Below, one piece after another: positions 38,696-51,901 of a stretch of DNA of 64,000 nt. A model generated the notes under the pieces. The model saw nothing but the letters and a program-made list of their open reading frames with translations. It did no database searches and was not told the DNA's origin. The translations under genes and the position numbers were made by a program. The stretch's first letter is position 1, and each line of letters opens with the position of its first letter. Source of the DNA: Octopus vulgaris (taxonomy: Eukaryota); assembly GCA_951406725.2 (NCBI GenBank), contig OX597822.1, positions 5,518,001 to 5,582,000 on the forward strand. Direction: 5' to 3'.

Positions 38696-39874
38696 TGCCT
38701 AGAGAGAACCATGCGTATCCATAAACACTTAAACTCTCAGCAACTTGAAGCTGCAGCCTGGTTTTCCGTTATGGCTTTAATGGCTCCACAAGCTGCTTAC
38801 AAGAGAAACATAAATATGACAACTGCTCATTCTCCTGGAAGTCTCAACTCTGATGACATCTGTTGTCATCACATTTTTCTTCCAATATTGTAAAAGTAGA
38901 TAATTTTGAAATTTAAAAAAATTTTTATTTTTTTATTTTTAACACATTAACCCTCACGCACAAACACACAAGCATCCATGCACACACACACACACGAGCA
39001 CAAAGAAAGTGAAAAATGCCAAAAGATTTGTTATAAATATTCAGTTTAAACTTGTGATTGTTTGAAGCATAAATTGGTATTTTAATGAAAGTAAGGTTAT
39101 AAAAAGCCGACTTTTTCTATCTAAAATAAATGTTATGATGAAAGATAAGTATCACCACCTGCTAGGAATAATTTAATTATTTAGCAAATATTTACTATTT
39201 CATTCATTTTTTTTCTTATTATTTTTGAGTCTGTTTTGCCTTATTTATTTATTTATTTTTTTTCATTCATTTATTTATTTATTGTTATTTTGTGCATGTG
39301 TGAATAGTTTAAAAACAACTTGGTGTCTGATTATCATAAATAGATTTTAAATACACTAACGTCACCCGATATCTCTCTCACACACACAGACAAATTAGCA
39401 TATACTTCCAGTCTACAGTACTTATCTATTTCTATTGAATTTCTATTCCAAGAATTAAATTTTTCAATAGATTTCAAATATATTTATTTGCTTCCTTTTT
39501 ATTTTACTCAACAAATGTATCATCAACAATAGCAATGAATGATGATCAATAATTGTTTGTTTGTTTTTTATCAAACAATGTACCATATGTTACTTTATTC
39601 TTAGGCATGAAAATACAAGATAAAATAAAACAATGAGAGAAAGAAGGAAGCATAAAGAGTTAGAGCATGCTCAATTCAAGTCCTTCAAACCTCCACTTTT
39701 ATCTAAGAAGTGTGACAAAGCATACTATTTGATAATCATTACAACACAATTTAATTATCATTATTCTCTGATAAGAAACACTAACACTTAACATGAATAC
39801 TTGCTTTTATCAATAAAATTTTAATCTAGCCTGGAAAACAAGAGAAAGTTTTAAAACGATCATCTTTAATGATT

Positions 39875-40085
39875 TTTCTTCTATAGGCACAAGGCCAGAA
39901 ATTTGGGGAAAAGGAAATAGTCAATTACATCGATTCCAATATTCAACTGGTACATATTTTATTGAACCTGAAATGATGAAAGGCAAGGTACAACCTCAGC
40001 GGAATTTGAACTCAGAATTGAAAGACAGATGAAATGCTGCTAAGTATTTTGTCTAGAGTGCTAACATTTCTGCCAGCTCAGCACC
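39875..40085 (-). mobile_element. SINE family B
   Basis: GGCACAAGGCC...ATGAAAGGCAAGG..CAACCTCAGCGGAATTTGAACTCAGAA...TCTGCCAGCTC. Confidence 0.8.
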
Positions 40086-40409
40086 TTAATTGTAATGATG
40101 ATAATAGTTTACAGGAATTTATGTATCTTCTGGGAACCAAGCTGAAGGAATGGTGAGGGTTAATTAATCTACATCTGATGACTCCACAGAATTAAATTTC
40201 ATACCACTATTAACTAAGCCAATCTAAAACACTCTTCTCACCTTATCTTGTCACTTAGACCAAACACTATGTCTAAACGTTCCTGCCCCCAACATCAAAG
40301 TTCTAGAACACCCTACATATTTATGTTTTTCCAGCAGACACTGACTTGCTGACTTACAGCTGTTTAAAGTGAATGTTAACTACATACTTCTTACCAAGTA
40401 CAAAGAGGT

Positions 40410-40620
40410 GGAGGTGCATGGCTTAGTGATTAAAGTGTTGGACTGATGATTTTAAGATTGTGGTTTCAATTCCTGAACCAGGAGACATATTGGGTTCTTG
40501 AGCAATACACTTCATGTTGTGTTACCCCAGTTCACTCAACTGGTAAAAACGAGTAATCCTGTTATGGATTAACATCATATCTGAGGGAGTGGGGATGATA
40601 TATATGCTAGAGGAACCAAG
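40410..40620 (+). mobile_element. Old tRNA-headed SINE, family D (Meta/V-like core); related remnants at ~1360-1450 and 54925-55205
   Basis: TGGCTTAGTGATTA A box, GTTTCAATTCC B box, GTTCTTGAGCAATACACTT core. Confidence 0.6.
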
Positions 40621-41357
40621 AAACCTACTCTGTGTTCCTTAGAGAATAATGTGGACTAACCAGGCACAAAGAGACAAAGTCATTAATAAATGAGAAAAAC
40701 AGTAAGAGAACAAAGTTGGTCAAATATATTTATTTATATAAAAATAGGCATTTCCTCAACTTACCAACACTCAAGCTACCAAATTTACAATGCACTAAAT
40801 GTTTTGATGCCAACAATCCTGAAACAGCCACTGGTTCTATGATACAAGCTTTTATAAGTGACCTAAATTGAAACCATCAAAATTTCATTTTATGTCCCAA
40901 ACACCAGCTCAATATTGACATTACCAGTTTGCACACATGGCTTCATATTGCCTACTCCAATTGCATCATCATCACCACAGCTGGGCCCCCTTGCTTTCGC
41001 GGATAGCTGTGCTCTTCATTGATCATCTGCTGCTGCTGCTGCTGATGATGATGATGGTGATGATGATGATGCTGTGTTACTCATAGAAATATAGCCATGA
41101 AAGGATTAATCTCTTACCAAGTCACAGCAGTCTCAGTTTTTACCATACTTCACAATCAGAGAACAGCACATTTCTTATTAAAGAGTTTATCGGGAACTCT
41201 CATACAAATGTGTGATTTAAAACACTAAAGACCAATGTATATTGCAATCACAAAAATATAACCTATAGACATAATCATTATTGCACTTGTTGCGTTCAGT
41301 GACATGGTCAGGAAAATCTAGCAATAAGTAACACCTATTGATTCGATACTTTTACAA

Positions 41358-41415
<58 letters not shown>

Positions 41416-42311
41416 GCACACACACATAATATATAGCACACACACATAATACATATATATATATATATAGCAAGAAAGTGAAACAATCATACACTCACAG
41501 GTGTATATGTGTTTGTATGTAAGTTTATATGTAGACACACACACACTCACTTAAGGGTGTATGTGTACACAAAGACAATGACTGTCGATAGATAACATGC
41601 CAATTGGAGCAAGTTGTGATGCTTTAAACTCTCGGGTATTATTCATCTGCAGCAACATGTAAAAAAGAAACTCATAAGAAAGAGTAAAGAATTATGTGGT
41701 GGAGAAATAAGATGTGAATTTTCATTTACCTTTCCCCTCTGTTACTATGGACATTCCCATACCATATACAATGTTATTGACACATTATTCAAAGACTGGA
41801 ACTTTGGATTTGATTGTTACATTCATGGCAATAACAACTGCTAATTCCCCTCAAGAACATCCTTTAACTGAAGTAAAGCCTTGAAGGATACACAGTTTTA
41901 TTTAAGCACAAATCTGAAGAAGACATTCCATTTCCGTTGAAAACTCAAAACAGCAGCATAAATTCTCCAGATAAGCTGCGTCAAATATATATATATAGAG
42001 AGAGATAGAAACAAATATATATCTACAATAGCTAAAATCCAGAGCAAGGCTGAATAAAAAGACTTGTGTATATGTGAATGCGTGGATTTATACTACAAGA
42101 AAAGGTAATAGTACAAAGGAGATGAAGTCATTGAATACTAGCTCAATAGTTCAAATCCTACAACAGCCATCTGTGTTGTGGCCTTCAACCATGCATTAGT
42201 TTATCTTGATTAAAACATTATGCTTTATTTCTAATTTATGACTTAGTTGTTTGCAGGAGAGAATGCAATTACTCATTAAATATAAACTTCAAAAAGTTAA
42301 TAATATATAGG

Positions 42312-42523
42312 GGCAGGTGTGGCTGTGTTGTGAGCAGTTTGTTTCGTAACTACGTGGTTCTGGATTCAATCCACTGTGTAGCACCTTGGGCAAGTGTCTT
42401 CTGCTATAGCTTCGGGCCAACCAAAGCCTTGTGGGTGGATCTGGCAGATGGACACTGAAAGAAGCCCAATGTATGTATATTTAGATAGACAGATAAATAC
42501 TTACATACATACATACTCTCTCT

Positions 42524-42555
<32 letters not shown>

Positions 42556-42747
42556 AATGAGTGTCTTTGTCCCTGTTTGTCCCACCACCACTTGACAACC
42601 CTTGTCGGTGTGTTTACGTCCCTGTAACTTAGTGTTTCAGCAAAAGAGATCAATAGAATAAGTACCAGGCTTTCCAACTAAAATTCTTCAAAGCAGTACC
42701 CCAGCATAGCTACAGTCTAATGATTGAAACAAGTAAAAGATAAAAGA
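42312..42747 (+). mobile_element. SINE family A, diverged full-length
   Basis: Collinear with 227-630. Confidence 0.85.
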
Positions 42748-43504
42748 TACCCACAGAATAGAAAAGTGGATGTAGAATAAAAGAAAATAAAAGAATGAAA
42801 GAATAGAGAGAAAAAAACGGCAAATGATGGATTCAGTTCACTAACGATTTGATTCATCCACACAAATTCACTCAGCTTCAAAAGTGACATTTTCTTTTCA
42901 GGAGCTTGCACTTAAGCTCATAAGTATGTTGTTAATGTGTTTTAAAATGTGTGCCAAGGAGTAAAATGTAGTATATAAAAATCAAACAATACTAGTGATA
43001 AATAAAACAAGAACAATAAATATGGTAAGTGCATTATAAAAGAGACAGGCAAAATACAAAAAAAGATATGAGTTTGGAAACCGATGAAAATTAAATAAAA
43101 AAAAAAATGAACCACTTAGAAAAATAGCAGCAACACTATCTCTTGATTAAAACAGGTTTAAAATTCTGATTTATCCAGTCATTTATGCAGACATTCACAG
43201 AGAATTCTGTAGACAGGGCTACAGAGGGAGCTGAGTAAGTCTATATACTTACAGAGCCCAACTACACTTACGATCATTAAATTTGATTTTAGATTTTTCT
43301 AAGACCACGGTATCCCACATCCCAGAGTATATAATATATACAAATGACTTAAATAAGTATAATACATAGTTATTTTAATTAGAGTAATGAAAATCCGACC
43401 CAAAGACTCGATACTAAAATGCGTTTTTGTCACCCAAAATTTTATCAGACACTTTTAGTTTGCATGGCTTTTTACAAAACGGTAGAATAGTTTAAAAACT
43501 ATTT

Positions 43505-43915
43505 TATTCTTTTATTTGTTTCAGTCATTTGACTGCAGCCATGCTGGAGCACTGCCTTGAAAGGGTTTTAGTCAAACAAACTGACCCCAGGACTTAGTTT
43601 TAAATATAGTACTTATTTTATTGGTCTCTTTTGTCGAACCACTAAGTTACAGGGATGTAAACACATCAACACTGGTTGTCAAGCAGTGATGGGGGCACAA
43701 ACACAGACAGACAGACAGACGCATACACACACACATGTGTGTGTGTGTGTATACACAGATATGTAATGGGCTTCTTTCAGTTTCTGTCTACCAAATCTAC
43801 TCACAAGGCTTTGGTCAGCCCAAGGCTATAGTAGAAGACACTTGCCCAAGGTGCCACACAGTGGGACTGAACCTGGAACCATGTGGTTGGAAAGCAAGCT
43901 TCATACCACACAGCC
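43505..43915 (-). mobile_element. SINE family A, diverged full-length
   Basis: Reverse complement collinear with 227-630. Confidence 0.85.
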
Positions 43916-45484
43916 GTACCAACACCTACTTAAGGCTGATTTAAAAATTTTTACTTCTGTTTTATTTATTTATATACAGTCTGTAAAATTACTTACATCT
44001 ATCTACATGTTATTTAGAAAGTGTTTTAAACTCTACTGACTTTACACTGTAATCCCTTGAATTTAGAAAAGGTATGGACATGACAACTTCCCATTCATTC
44101 TTTTTTTTTTTTACCTTTTTCAATAATATCTCTTCCAATCAAATTTGAAATATTTTAATAAATTTAAAATATGAAGTCTGCTTAATATCATTCAACTTTT
44201 TTTTCTTTTTAATCTCAGCTAAAAAGAAAATCATGAAATGCCATAACTTTTTTTAATTGATGTCTAATAAGTCTTAAGTACTCTCACGAAATTTTACCTT
44301 TTTTTCTTTTTTTTTTTTATTAATCTTTTAAGGAGCAATTGAGTTGAGGTTGATGAATGAGCAGCAAAATTGATAGCTACAAGTGCAATGACTGATTTTC
44401 TACTTCCATTCACACCTAGAACATTTCAGATTTTCTTTCCAATAAAATAATTATCATATCAAGCAAAAGGGATTTGATTACTAATGCAACAGTTTTGTGA
44501 TCCACTGCTCAAAGTTCAAATCAGTACCTGGGTAACAACCGTGCAACAGAGTTTCTCTTCATCCTAGGAGAGATGTCTTTTCTAACCAATTAGATAATTT
44601 TTGCATTGGAGGAGCAAGCTCCAACACATCAAGTCAAACTATTATATCAGCGTAATTATTTGGAATGTTTCATTTATTTGAAATACACGTGTAGGAAGCT
44701 CTGCTGTGTGAGAGTAGAAACCCAAAGAATACAATGTTTCACATTTCAACTGAAAGCAGACTATACCAGAGGCAATTTTAATAATTTTTCATGTGGTTTT
44801 GAAAGACATAAAAGTGAAAGGCAGAAAGAAATTGGAAAATAAATGACTGCTATTGAAATAAATACATAAATATAAATAATTACTTTCAAACAAATAAGTT
44901 CTGCAACTTAATTGGAACTAAATTATTTTGGAGATAGAAAAGGAAGATATCAAAATAACAATAGTTTATAATTATGCATTTCGTGAATGTCCACATTTAA
45001 ATTTCAATGGATGCCATAGATTTAATGCGGAAAATCTAAAAAATTAATGATTGACTAAATTTCTATGACATTCTATTTCCTGTATGTGGCCTGCAGTTTG
45101 TTAAAATAATTTCCAAGCTTGAAAATGTCATAAATATTCCATTTTAATTTTGGAAAATAACTTGACATAATAAAATATTAATGATAAAATGAAAAGAAAG
45201 TTCTTTTTTCTTTTAAATCATAACATTAAATATAAAGAAAAAGGCAGTAAAAAAAATAAAAACACATCTTATCTTCAACTGTTAAAAGAATTTTCAAAAC
45301 CATTTCACAAAGTAAACACTAACAAAGGTAACTAAAGACAATAATAAAAGAAAAATGAACCTGCTGTGGACACATTATTATTAACGTTTCCCATCAGATT
45401 CATATACATCAAGCAATATTTGCAATATCAATCAACTTTTAAGATTCAAAATTGTGTTGAACCAGTAAAACATACATCACAAAT

Positions 45485-45685
45485 GTTCTTTTCTACTCTA
45501 GGTACAAGGCCTGAAATTTTGGGGGAGGGGGCCAGTCAATTAGATTAATGCCAGTACACAACTGGCACTTAATTTATCGACCCCTAAAGGATGAAAGGCA
45601 AAGTCAACCTCGGCGGAATTTGAACTCAGGATGTAAAGACAGACAAAATACCACTAAGAATTTCGCCCGGATTGCAAACGTTTCC
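45485..45685 (-). mobile_element. SINE family B, well-preserved
   Basis: TTTATCGACCCC..AAGGATGAAAGGCAAAGTCAACCTCGGCGGAATTTGAACTCAG. Confidence 0.85.
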
Positions 45686-46472
45686 ACCCTATACGTCACA
45701 ATATTGAAAACATCCAATAGGTAGGGACTGAAATAATGCAAGTAAACTGAAGGTAGTTTACAAACAGCTGGATAATCCAAGTCATAAGACACATAACAGA
45801 AACAACTGAGGTAGACTACAAATAGTTTTGAGTGAGTTGTAATGGCAGAAATATTCAAATATTTCCTAACAGATATATTGACTTTATATTTATTCATTCT
45901 TTTAATATCCGTTTTACCATGCTATGATGGGTTTAAGCAGAGAGTTATTTGAGGTTAGGTTTATATGGATGGATGCTCTTTCAGCTACCAACTTCTACCT
46001 GCTTTTGCATGTAAGGAAATGTTTATATTCCAGAGGAACTCAAAAGCACAGAGCCTATGGATAATTGATTTGGTGACTGGTAATGTTAACAAATGTCACC
46101 ATTTGTAGTCATCATCAAATGGTGACACCACTAAGACTGGAAGCATTCATACACACACACACACAACAGGCTTCATACTGGTCATTTACCAGATTCCCTC
46201 ACAAGTCATTGGTCAACTACAATATAAACATTTGTCCAAAGTGTCACATAGTGGGACTGAACCAGAAATCACATGGTTGAGAAGCAAACCTTAATCACAC
46301 AGCTATATCTGCACCTTATATACATGAATAATTTACTCCCTTGAGTTCTAAGTACAATAAGTGACAAGGTACATGTTTCTAATAAGCGACTTTCAGAAAT
46401 TATTTAAATTTCTTGAGAGGAAAGAAATTCTTTGCAATGTATTATGCTGTTAAGTTTAGTTAATTAGTTTAA

Positions 46473-46710
46473 CCCTTTTGATACCAACCTGGCTGAAACC
46501 GCCTCTGGCTGAAACCGCCTCTGGCTCTGTAGTAAAAATGACTTGTTTTCAAAAGTTCGGAATTAAAATCTTCCACCAAACCTGAGTCACAGTTTATGTT
46601 CCTAATACCAGCTTAATGATAACTAAGTTATTTTACTAAATTCTTTGTTATATTTAAAATTAATTGAAAGAAACACAAAGCATCTCAAAATAAATATGGT
46701 AATGAAAGGG
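46473..46710. mobile_element. piggyBac-like MITE (TTAA TSD), family M2
   Basis: TTAA|CCCTTTTGATACCA...TGGTAATGAAAGGG|TTAA; internal 16-bp tandem duplication CTGGCTGAAACCGCCT. Confidence 0.82.
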
Positions 46711-46802
46711 TTAATATGGTGAATGTGACAAAACAGAATATTCCTTAAATTTCTGTTGGAAAGGCATAATCTTATTATGGATATCATTATCAGTTAACCC
46801 TA

Positions 46803-46990
46803 GGGCAGCAAGCTGACAGAATTATTGGCACATCAAGCAAAATGTTTTGTGGCATTTCATCCATCTTTACATCCTGAGTTCAAATTCTGCCAAGCTTGAC
46901 TTTGCTTTGCATATTTTCAGGGTCGGTTAATCAAGTACCAGTTGAACACTGGGATTGATGTAATCAATTTACCTCCTCTCTCAAAATTTC
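46803..46990 (+). mobile_element. SINE family B, degenerate
   Basis: GGCAGCAAGCTGACAGAA..GAGTTCAAATTC..GACTTTGCTTTGCAT..AAGTACCAGTT. Confidence 0.75.
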
Positions 46991-47209
46991 AGATTTAAAT
47001 TTAAAAACATAATTAGTTAACTCTGACTAGTGTTCAACAAGATGTATTTATTTCATTTCATATCAAATCTAATTCTATGCACATCATAAGAATTACAAAT
47101 AAACAAACAGTTCGGATGTGTCAAATGCAGGTTTTATCCCTAGAACTAGCCCTAAGCTAGGAATATAGGAGTTGTAGGCTTTCACAAGTTATGAAATGGT
47201 CCTCATTAA

Positions 47210-47411
47210 CCTTTTCATTACCATATTACCTGTCTCATTTAATTCTGAAAATAATGAAGAATTTAGTAAAATAACATTGTTGTTATCAAGCTGATGTTTG
47301 GAACATAAATTAACAGGAAATATTGATGAGAGATTTTAACCTAGATCATTTTATAAAAGGAATATTGTATCATTAGCCAGGGGTGGTTCAAGGTGGGTGA
47401 TATCAGAAAGG
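47210..47411. mobile_element. MITE family M2, second copy in opposite orientation
   Basis: TTAA|CCTTTTCATTACCATATT...TATCAGAAAGG|TTAA; internal AAGAATTTAGTAAAATAAC is the reverse complement of 46627-46645. Confidence 0.78.
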
Positions 47412-47504
47412 TTAATCAGTACATCTAACTGAAAATTAGTTTGTACTATATGTGTAAATAGGTTGCATTAATTTAAATACCTGTCAATAAAATAGCTGTA
47501 CATA

Positions 47505-47890
47505 GGCAGAGGCATGTCTGTATGGTAAGAAGTTTACTTCTCAACCATATGGTCCCAGGTTCAGTCCCACTATATGGTAATTTAGGCAAGTGTCTTCTAT
47601 AGCGTCAGGCCAACCAAAACCTTGTGAGTGGATTTGACAGACAGAAACCGAAAGAAATTTGTTTGATGTGTGTGTGCGTGTGTGTATCTTTGTATGTGTT
47701 TGTCTCCCATCACCGCTTGACAACAGGTGTTGCTTTGTTTATGTCCCAGTAACTTAGCAGTTCCGCAAAAGTGACCAATAGAATAAGTACCAGGTTTAAA
47801 AAATAAGAACTGGGGTCAATTTGTCTGATGAAACTTATCAAGGTGGTGCCCCAGCATGACCACAGTATGACTGAAACAAGGAGAAAAGAG
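47505..47890 (+). mobile_element. SINE family A, diverged
   Basis: Collinear with 227-630. Confidence 0.82.
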
Positions 47891-50664
47891 AAAACAAAAA
47901 GATGCTGCAAATGTTGGAAACATAGTGCAGTAGTGTGACAGCAATATATAAGAAAAATATGAGGAGGGAAACCATTTCAGGGAAACCATAACAAGGAATA
48001 ATATATAATATATTCAATGAATTAATGCATAGAATTAAGAGTGAATGCAACTATTGATTTGTTTATTTAACATCTTTTTTTACATGATTTTTCCCCATTC
48101 CATGGTGGCAGGATCTACATTTTAAATGCAACATGCAATCACACTTTTTCCAGTGTCAACTTGGTGTGTTCAGCTTACCAGCCTAGGCTCTGTTTCTCAT
48201 CAGGCCAAGAAAATAATCACATGTAACATGTTGGACAGGGACTTATTTGAGGGCCATACTTTAAAAATGGATGCTCTCCCTATTGCCAACCTTATCTATT
48301 TTCCAAGAAACAGATTTTTATCATGCTGGTCCTCAAAAGCACACAGTGATTTGTTGTAATGTCAGGATGGAACATAAACATCAAATCACCATTTCATTCA
48401 GATGGTGAAAAGCAAAGCAGTAGGATGTCAACATTTCAGTGGGCATCTACATATAAGCACATGGTTGCACAATTAGAAAGTCTGCTTCCCAACCACATGG
48501 TTCCAAGTGCAGTCCTTGTGCATAGTACCTTGAGTAAATGTCTTCTACCATGGACCAATGTTAACAAAAGCTTTGTGTGTTGTTTTGGTAGATGGAAACT
48601 GAAAGAAATCTATTGTATGTGTGTGTGTTTACTTTTAATTTGAGCTGTAGGAAAGTCACTCACTGCAAGTGCTGAGGGTGTTATCACTCCTGTCAACAAA
48701 TTACACATTCACTTCATGCCTTTCAAAACATGAAATAAGAAATCTCTTACTTGAAAATCAGATACAGTTTAACAACAGGAAGAGCATGCAGCTGTGGGAC
48801 AGTACCTCCACAATGCATTCATCTAACCCAAGCTAGTATGACAAAAATGGATTTAAAAGCAAATAAACAACATGTTTCTCATAGTTTCTATCGACCAGTT
48901 CCAACTCATTCGGCATTACTCAACCAGGAATCATACTAGAAGTCACTTAGCCAAAGTGCTGCAGAGTGGGATTGAACCTGAAGCACATGGTTGTAAAGTG
49001 AACTTCTTAATCACACAGCCATGCCTGCTCTTATTTATTGTATTTATACAAAATCAATATAACTGAATTATGGACACATAGAAATATACAAATGTTCTTT
49101 AGCCAGCATGGTTTTAACCATGCTCAAAACAGTCTTAAATTCAGAAGTAAAAGAGATTTAACATTACACGGAGTAAATCTAGAGATTTTGATAAACTATA
49201 GTCAAGGATTTACTATTTGCATTCTACAAATAAGGACGACATTGCATGAGAATGCCCAAAATCATTGAACCAGTTCATTCCATAATGACAGTCTCTGTTC
49301 TAAAACAGTAGTTATTCCAAAAATATCCACAGCTGAAAGATTTATGTTTTTTAAATTTATACAAAGTATCACAGTTGTTTCTTTTCTGACTTTTAAAAAC
49401 CCTTGAAAAGAGGTACTGTCAATTGAATCAACTCTTGTATTTTACGTTTTACTTATCCCCAGAATAAGTAAAAAGATACAGTCAACTGACATGGTTTGAT
49501 CTTGAAATCAATAGCTACCTTTTGCATCAAAATCAATGTCCTCTTAGTCGTTCTAATAACATCACTTAACTTTAATTTCTCAGTGAAGAAATCTTAATGA
49601 AATCAGAGAGAAACATACAAAGTCACTTATCTAATATTGTAACAACTTCAGTGAAGAGTGAACAAGTGTTGAGTTGAATGTAAGATAGCCATGCTTAGTC
49701 TGGTAGAGACTGAATTTTAACATTTATTTTCAATTATGAATAGCAAAGGTTAATTGTTTCACCATTATCCCATATTTTATAACGATAAATTCTTTTTTAA
49801 AATAAAGGTATGTGTACCAGTATTTTCTCAAATGAAATGCTGCTAAATTAAACGTATGCATATTTAATATTGATGCAGCCACCTGAGCATTAATAAAAAT
49901 TTGGGAATGAGAAAGTGGTAAGGCTAAAATCTTTGGCATACAATTTCTCCAACTGTCACAGTATATAACAGTAAGGGCATATGAATTTTTAAAATTTCAA
50001 ACAAAATTTATCACAAAAAAAAAGTAATGTATGTGAACACATAAAATACATTTCTATTTTATCTAGAAGCATTTAAAAAAAAAATGCATTCAAATGTTTG
50101 TGGTACTACTAGTAAGTAGAAGTAAAGGTGATAAGACACGATACTGGTGAAAATTAGGTTTGGAAATCGTCTAGACAATAAACCATAATGATTAACAATA
50201 ACATCAAAATGTAATTATGTGGCAGGAGGTTTTATTGATATAGATAGCGCAACCTAGAATATAAATAATACAAGAAAGCTAGTCAAAAATACTGGATTAT
50301 TCACGTCTGCAAATGAAGAAAGGTGATTGAGAGTGGTATTGACATAATAACAAGACTAAGCAGTAACCAAGACTAGTTTAGAAAGCTAAAACATGTATGA
50401 CATTAAAAATTGGGCAGTTAGTTGAAACTAGTGGCCAGCAATGAGTGAATGAACAAATGAGATGTATCATATTGGCTGATTGTGTAACAAGGTGATCACT
50501 AAGGATTAGGCTGATGTCTTAACAATATTCAAGAACAACTAAATTATTGGTTCTACCAAAAGTAATTTAAGTTGGTCTCGACATGTAAAAGCCAGGAAAT
50601 AAAAGCTGAATGCAGAAATTTCACAGTTGATTTTATTTGATTTTTAAAATAAAAAAAGTGATAT

Positions 50665-50872
50665 TGGTTTAAAATTTTGGCACAAGGCCAGCAATTATGG
50701 GAAAAGGGGTAAGTCAAATTACATTGACTCCAGTGATCGACTGGTATTTATTTTATCAACCCAGGAAGAATGAAAGGTAATGTTGATTTCAGCAGAATTT
50801 GAACTCAGAACGTAAAGACAAACAAAATGCTGCTAAGCATTCTGTTCGGCATGCTCATGATTTTGCCAGCTG
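50665..50872 (-). mobile_element. SINE family B
   Basis: GGCACAAGGCCAGCAA...ATGAAAGG...GAATTTGAACTCAGAACGTAAAGAC. Confidence 0.8.
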
Positions 50873-50904
50873 ACAATAATAATTATGATATTAATTATGA
50901 TAAT

Positions 50905-51400
50905 AATGATGATGATGATGATGATTTCATTTATTTGCCACTGGGGCATCAGATGAGGTGGAAATTACAAGGACAGCTTCTAATTTGTCTGCAGGTTTAC
51001 AAATAAGGATAAAGAGAAGGGAGGGGAGGGGAAATGAGATGGAAAAAATGTTTACATTCTAAACAAAATATGTGAACACTTGGATAATGCAGTCTTCCTG
51101 ATAGAAGAGAGCCTCCACCCTGACCAACCACCAAAGGCACAAATTCTTACCTCACTATTAATCAACAGATATATGCTTACAGTAGTTCCGTTGACCCTAA
51201 CTAATTTTTAGTCACAATCATCCACCTTTTGGTAAATTTTCTGGGGAAATGAACTTCTCTCTCCACTTTCATTTCTCTTCTTAAGTGGAACTTGAAAAAG
51301 TCGGCAAAGACTTGACTGAAGAAGGTGTCTGTTTTCAATCCTTAAAATCTGGAAAGATCTCAAAATATGGTGAATTTGGATTCTAAAAGGGTAGCTGAAA
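50905..51400 (-). mobile_element. Probable L1/Tx1-type LINE 3' end, decayed
   Basis: Minus strand DFFKFHLRREMKVERE..KFTKRW, then 3' UTR ending GTGGCAAATAAATGAA(ATC)n. Confidence 0.45.
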
Positions 51401-51497
51401 AAATTCTATAGGCTGTTTGTTACAGTTCTATATTTAAGATATGAGGAATTATGTACATTATTTACATTCAACGGATATTTGTCCTCATCTTGTTGTT

Positions 51498-51540
51498 AAC
51501 ACGTTTCAGCTGATATAGCCTCCAGCCTTCTTCAGGTTTC
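51498..51540 (-). ncRNA. Minimal hammerhead motif, left arm
   Basis: Minus strand: GAAAC-CTGAAGA-A-GGCTG-GAGGCTATAT-CAGCT-GAAA-CGT-GTT. Confidence 0.65.
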
Positions 51541-51679
51541 TTGGGGAAATTTCAAATCCAGATTCTCATTCCTAAGGTATTTTTTGATGTTATTATTATT
51601 GTTATTGTTCAGGTCACTGCATGGAATTGAGCTCGGAATCTTGGGGTTAGTAGCCCATGCTCTTAATCACTTGCCCACA

Positions 51680-51751
51680 GGCATATGGCATAGTGGTTAA
51701 GAGCGCAGGCTACTAACCGCAAGATTCTGAGTTCAATTCCAAACAGTGACC
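51680..51751 (+). other. tRNA-derived head (Pol III A/B boxes), right arm
   Basis: TGGCATAGTGGTTAAGAGCGCAGGCTACTAACCGCAAGATTCTGAGTTCAATTCC. Confidence 0.75.
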
Positions 51752-51765
51752 TGAAGAGTAACAAC

Positions 51766-51808
<43 letters not shown>

Positions 51809-51855
51809 TCAAAAATACCTTAGGAATGAGAACCCAGGTTCAAAATTTCTCCCAA

Positions 51856-51901
51856 GACACCTGAAGAAGGCTGGAGGGTATATCAGTTGAAACAATGTGT
51901 T
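51856..51901 (+). ncRNA. Minimal hammerhead motif, right arm
   Basis: GACAC-CTGAAGA-A-GGCTG-GAGGGTATAT-CAGTT-GAAA-CAAT-GTGTT. Confidence 0.68.

Noticed and set aside
41279-41291. TATTGCACTTGT matching the 5' end of miR-92
   Set aside because: Only 12 nt match and no precursor hairpin
51680-51751. Functional tRNA gene (apparent ACT anticodon)
   Set aside because: Acceptor and T stems are mismatched and it is part of a dispersed repeat; treated as a tRNA-derived head
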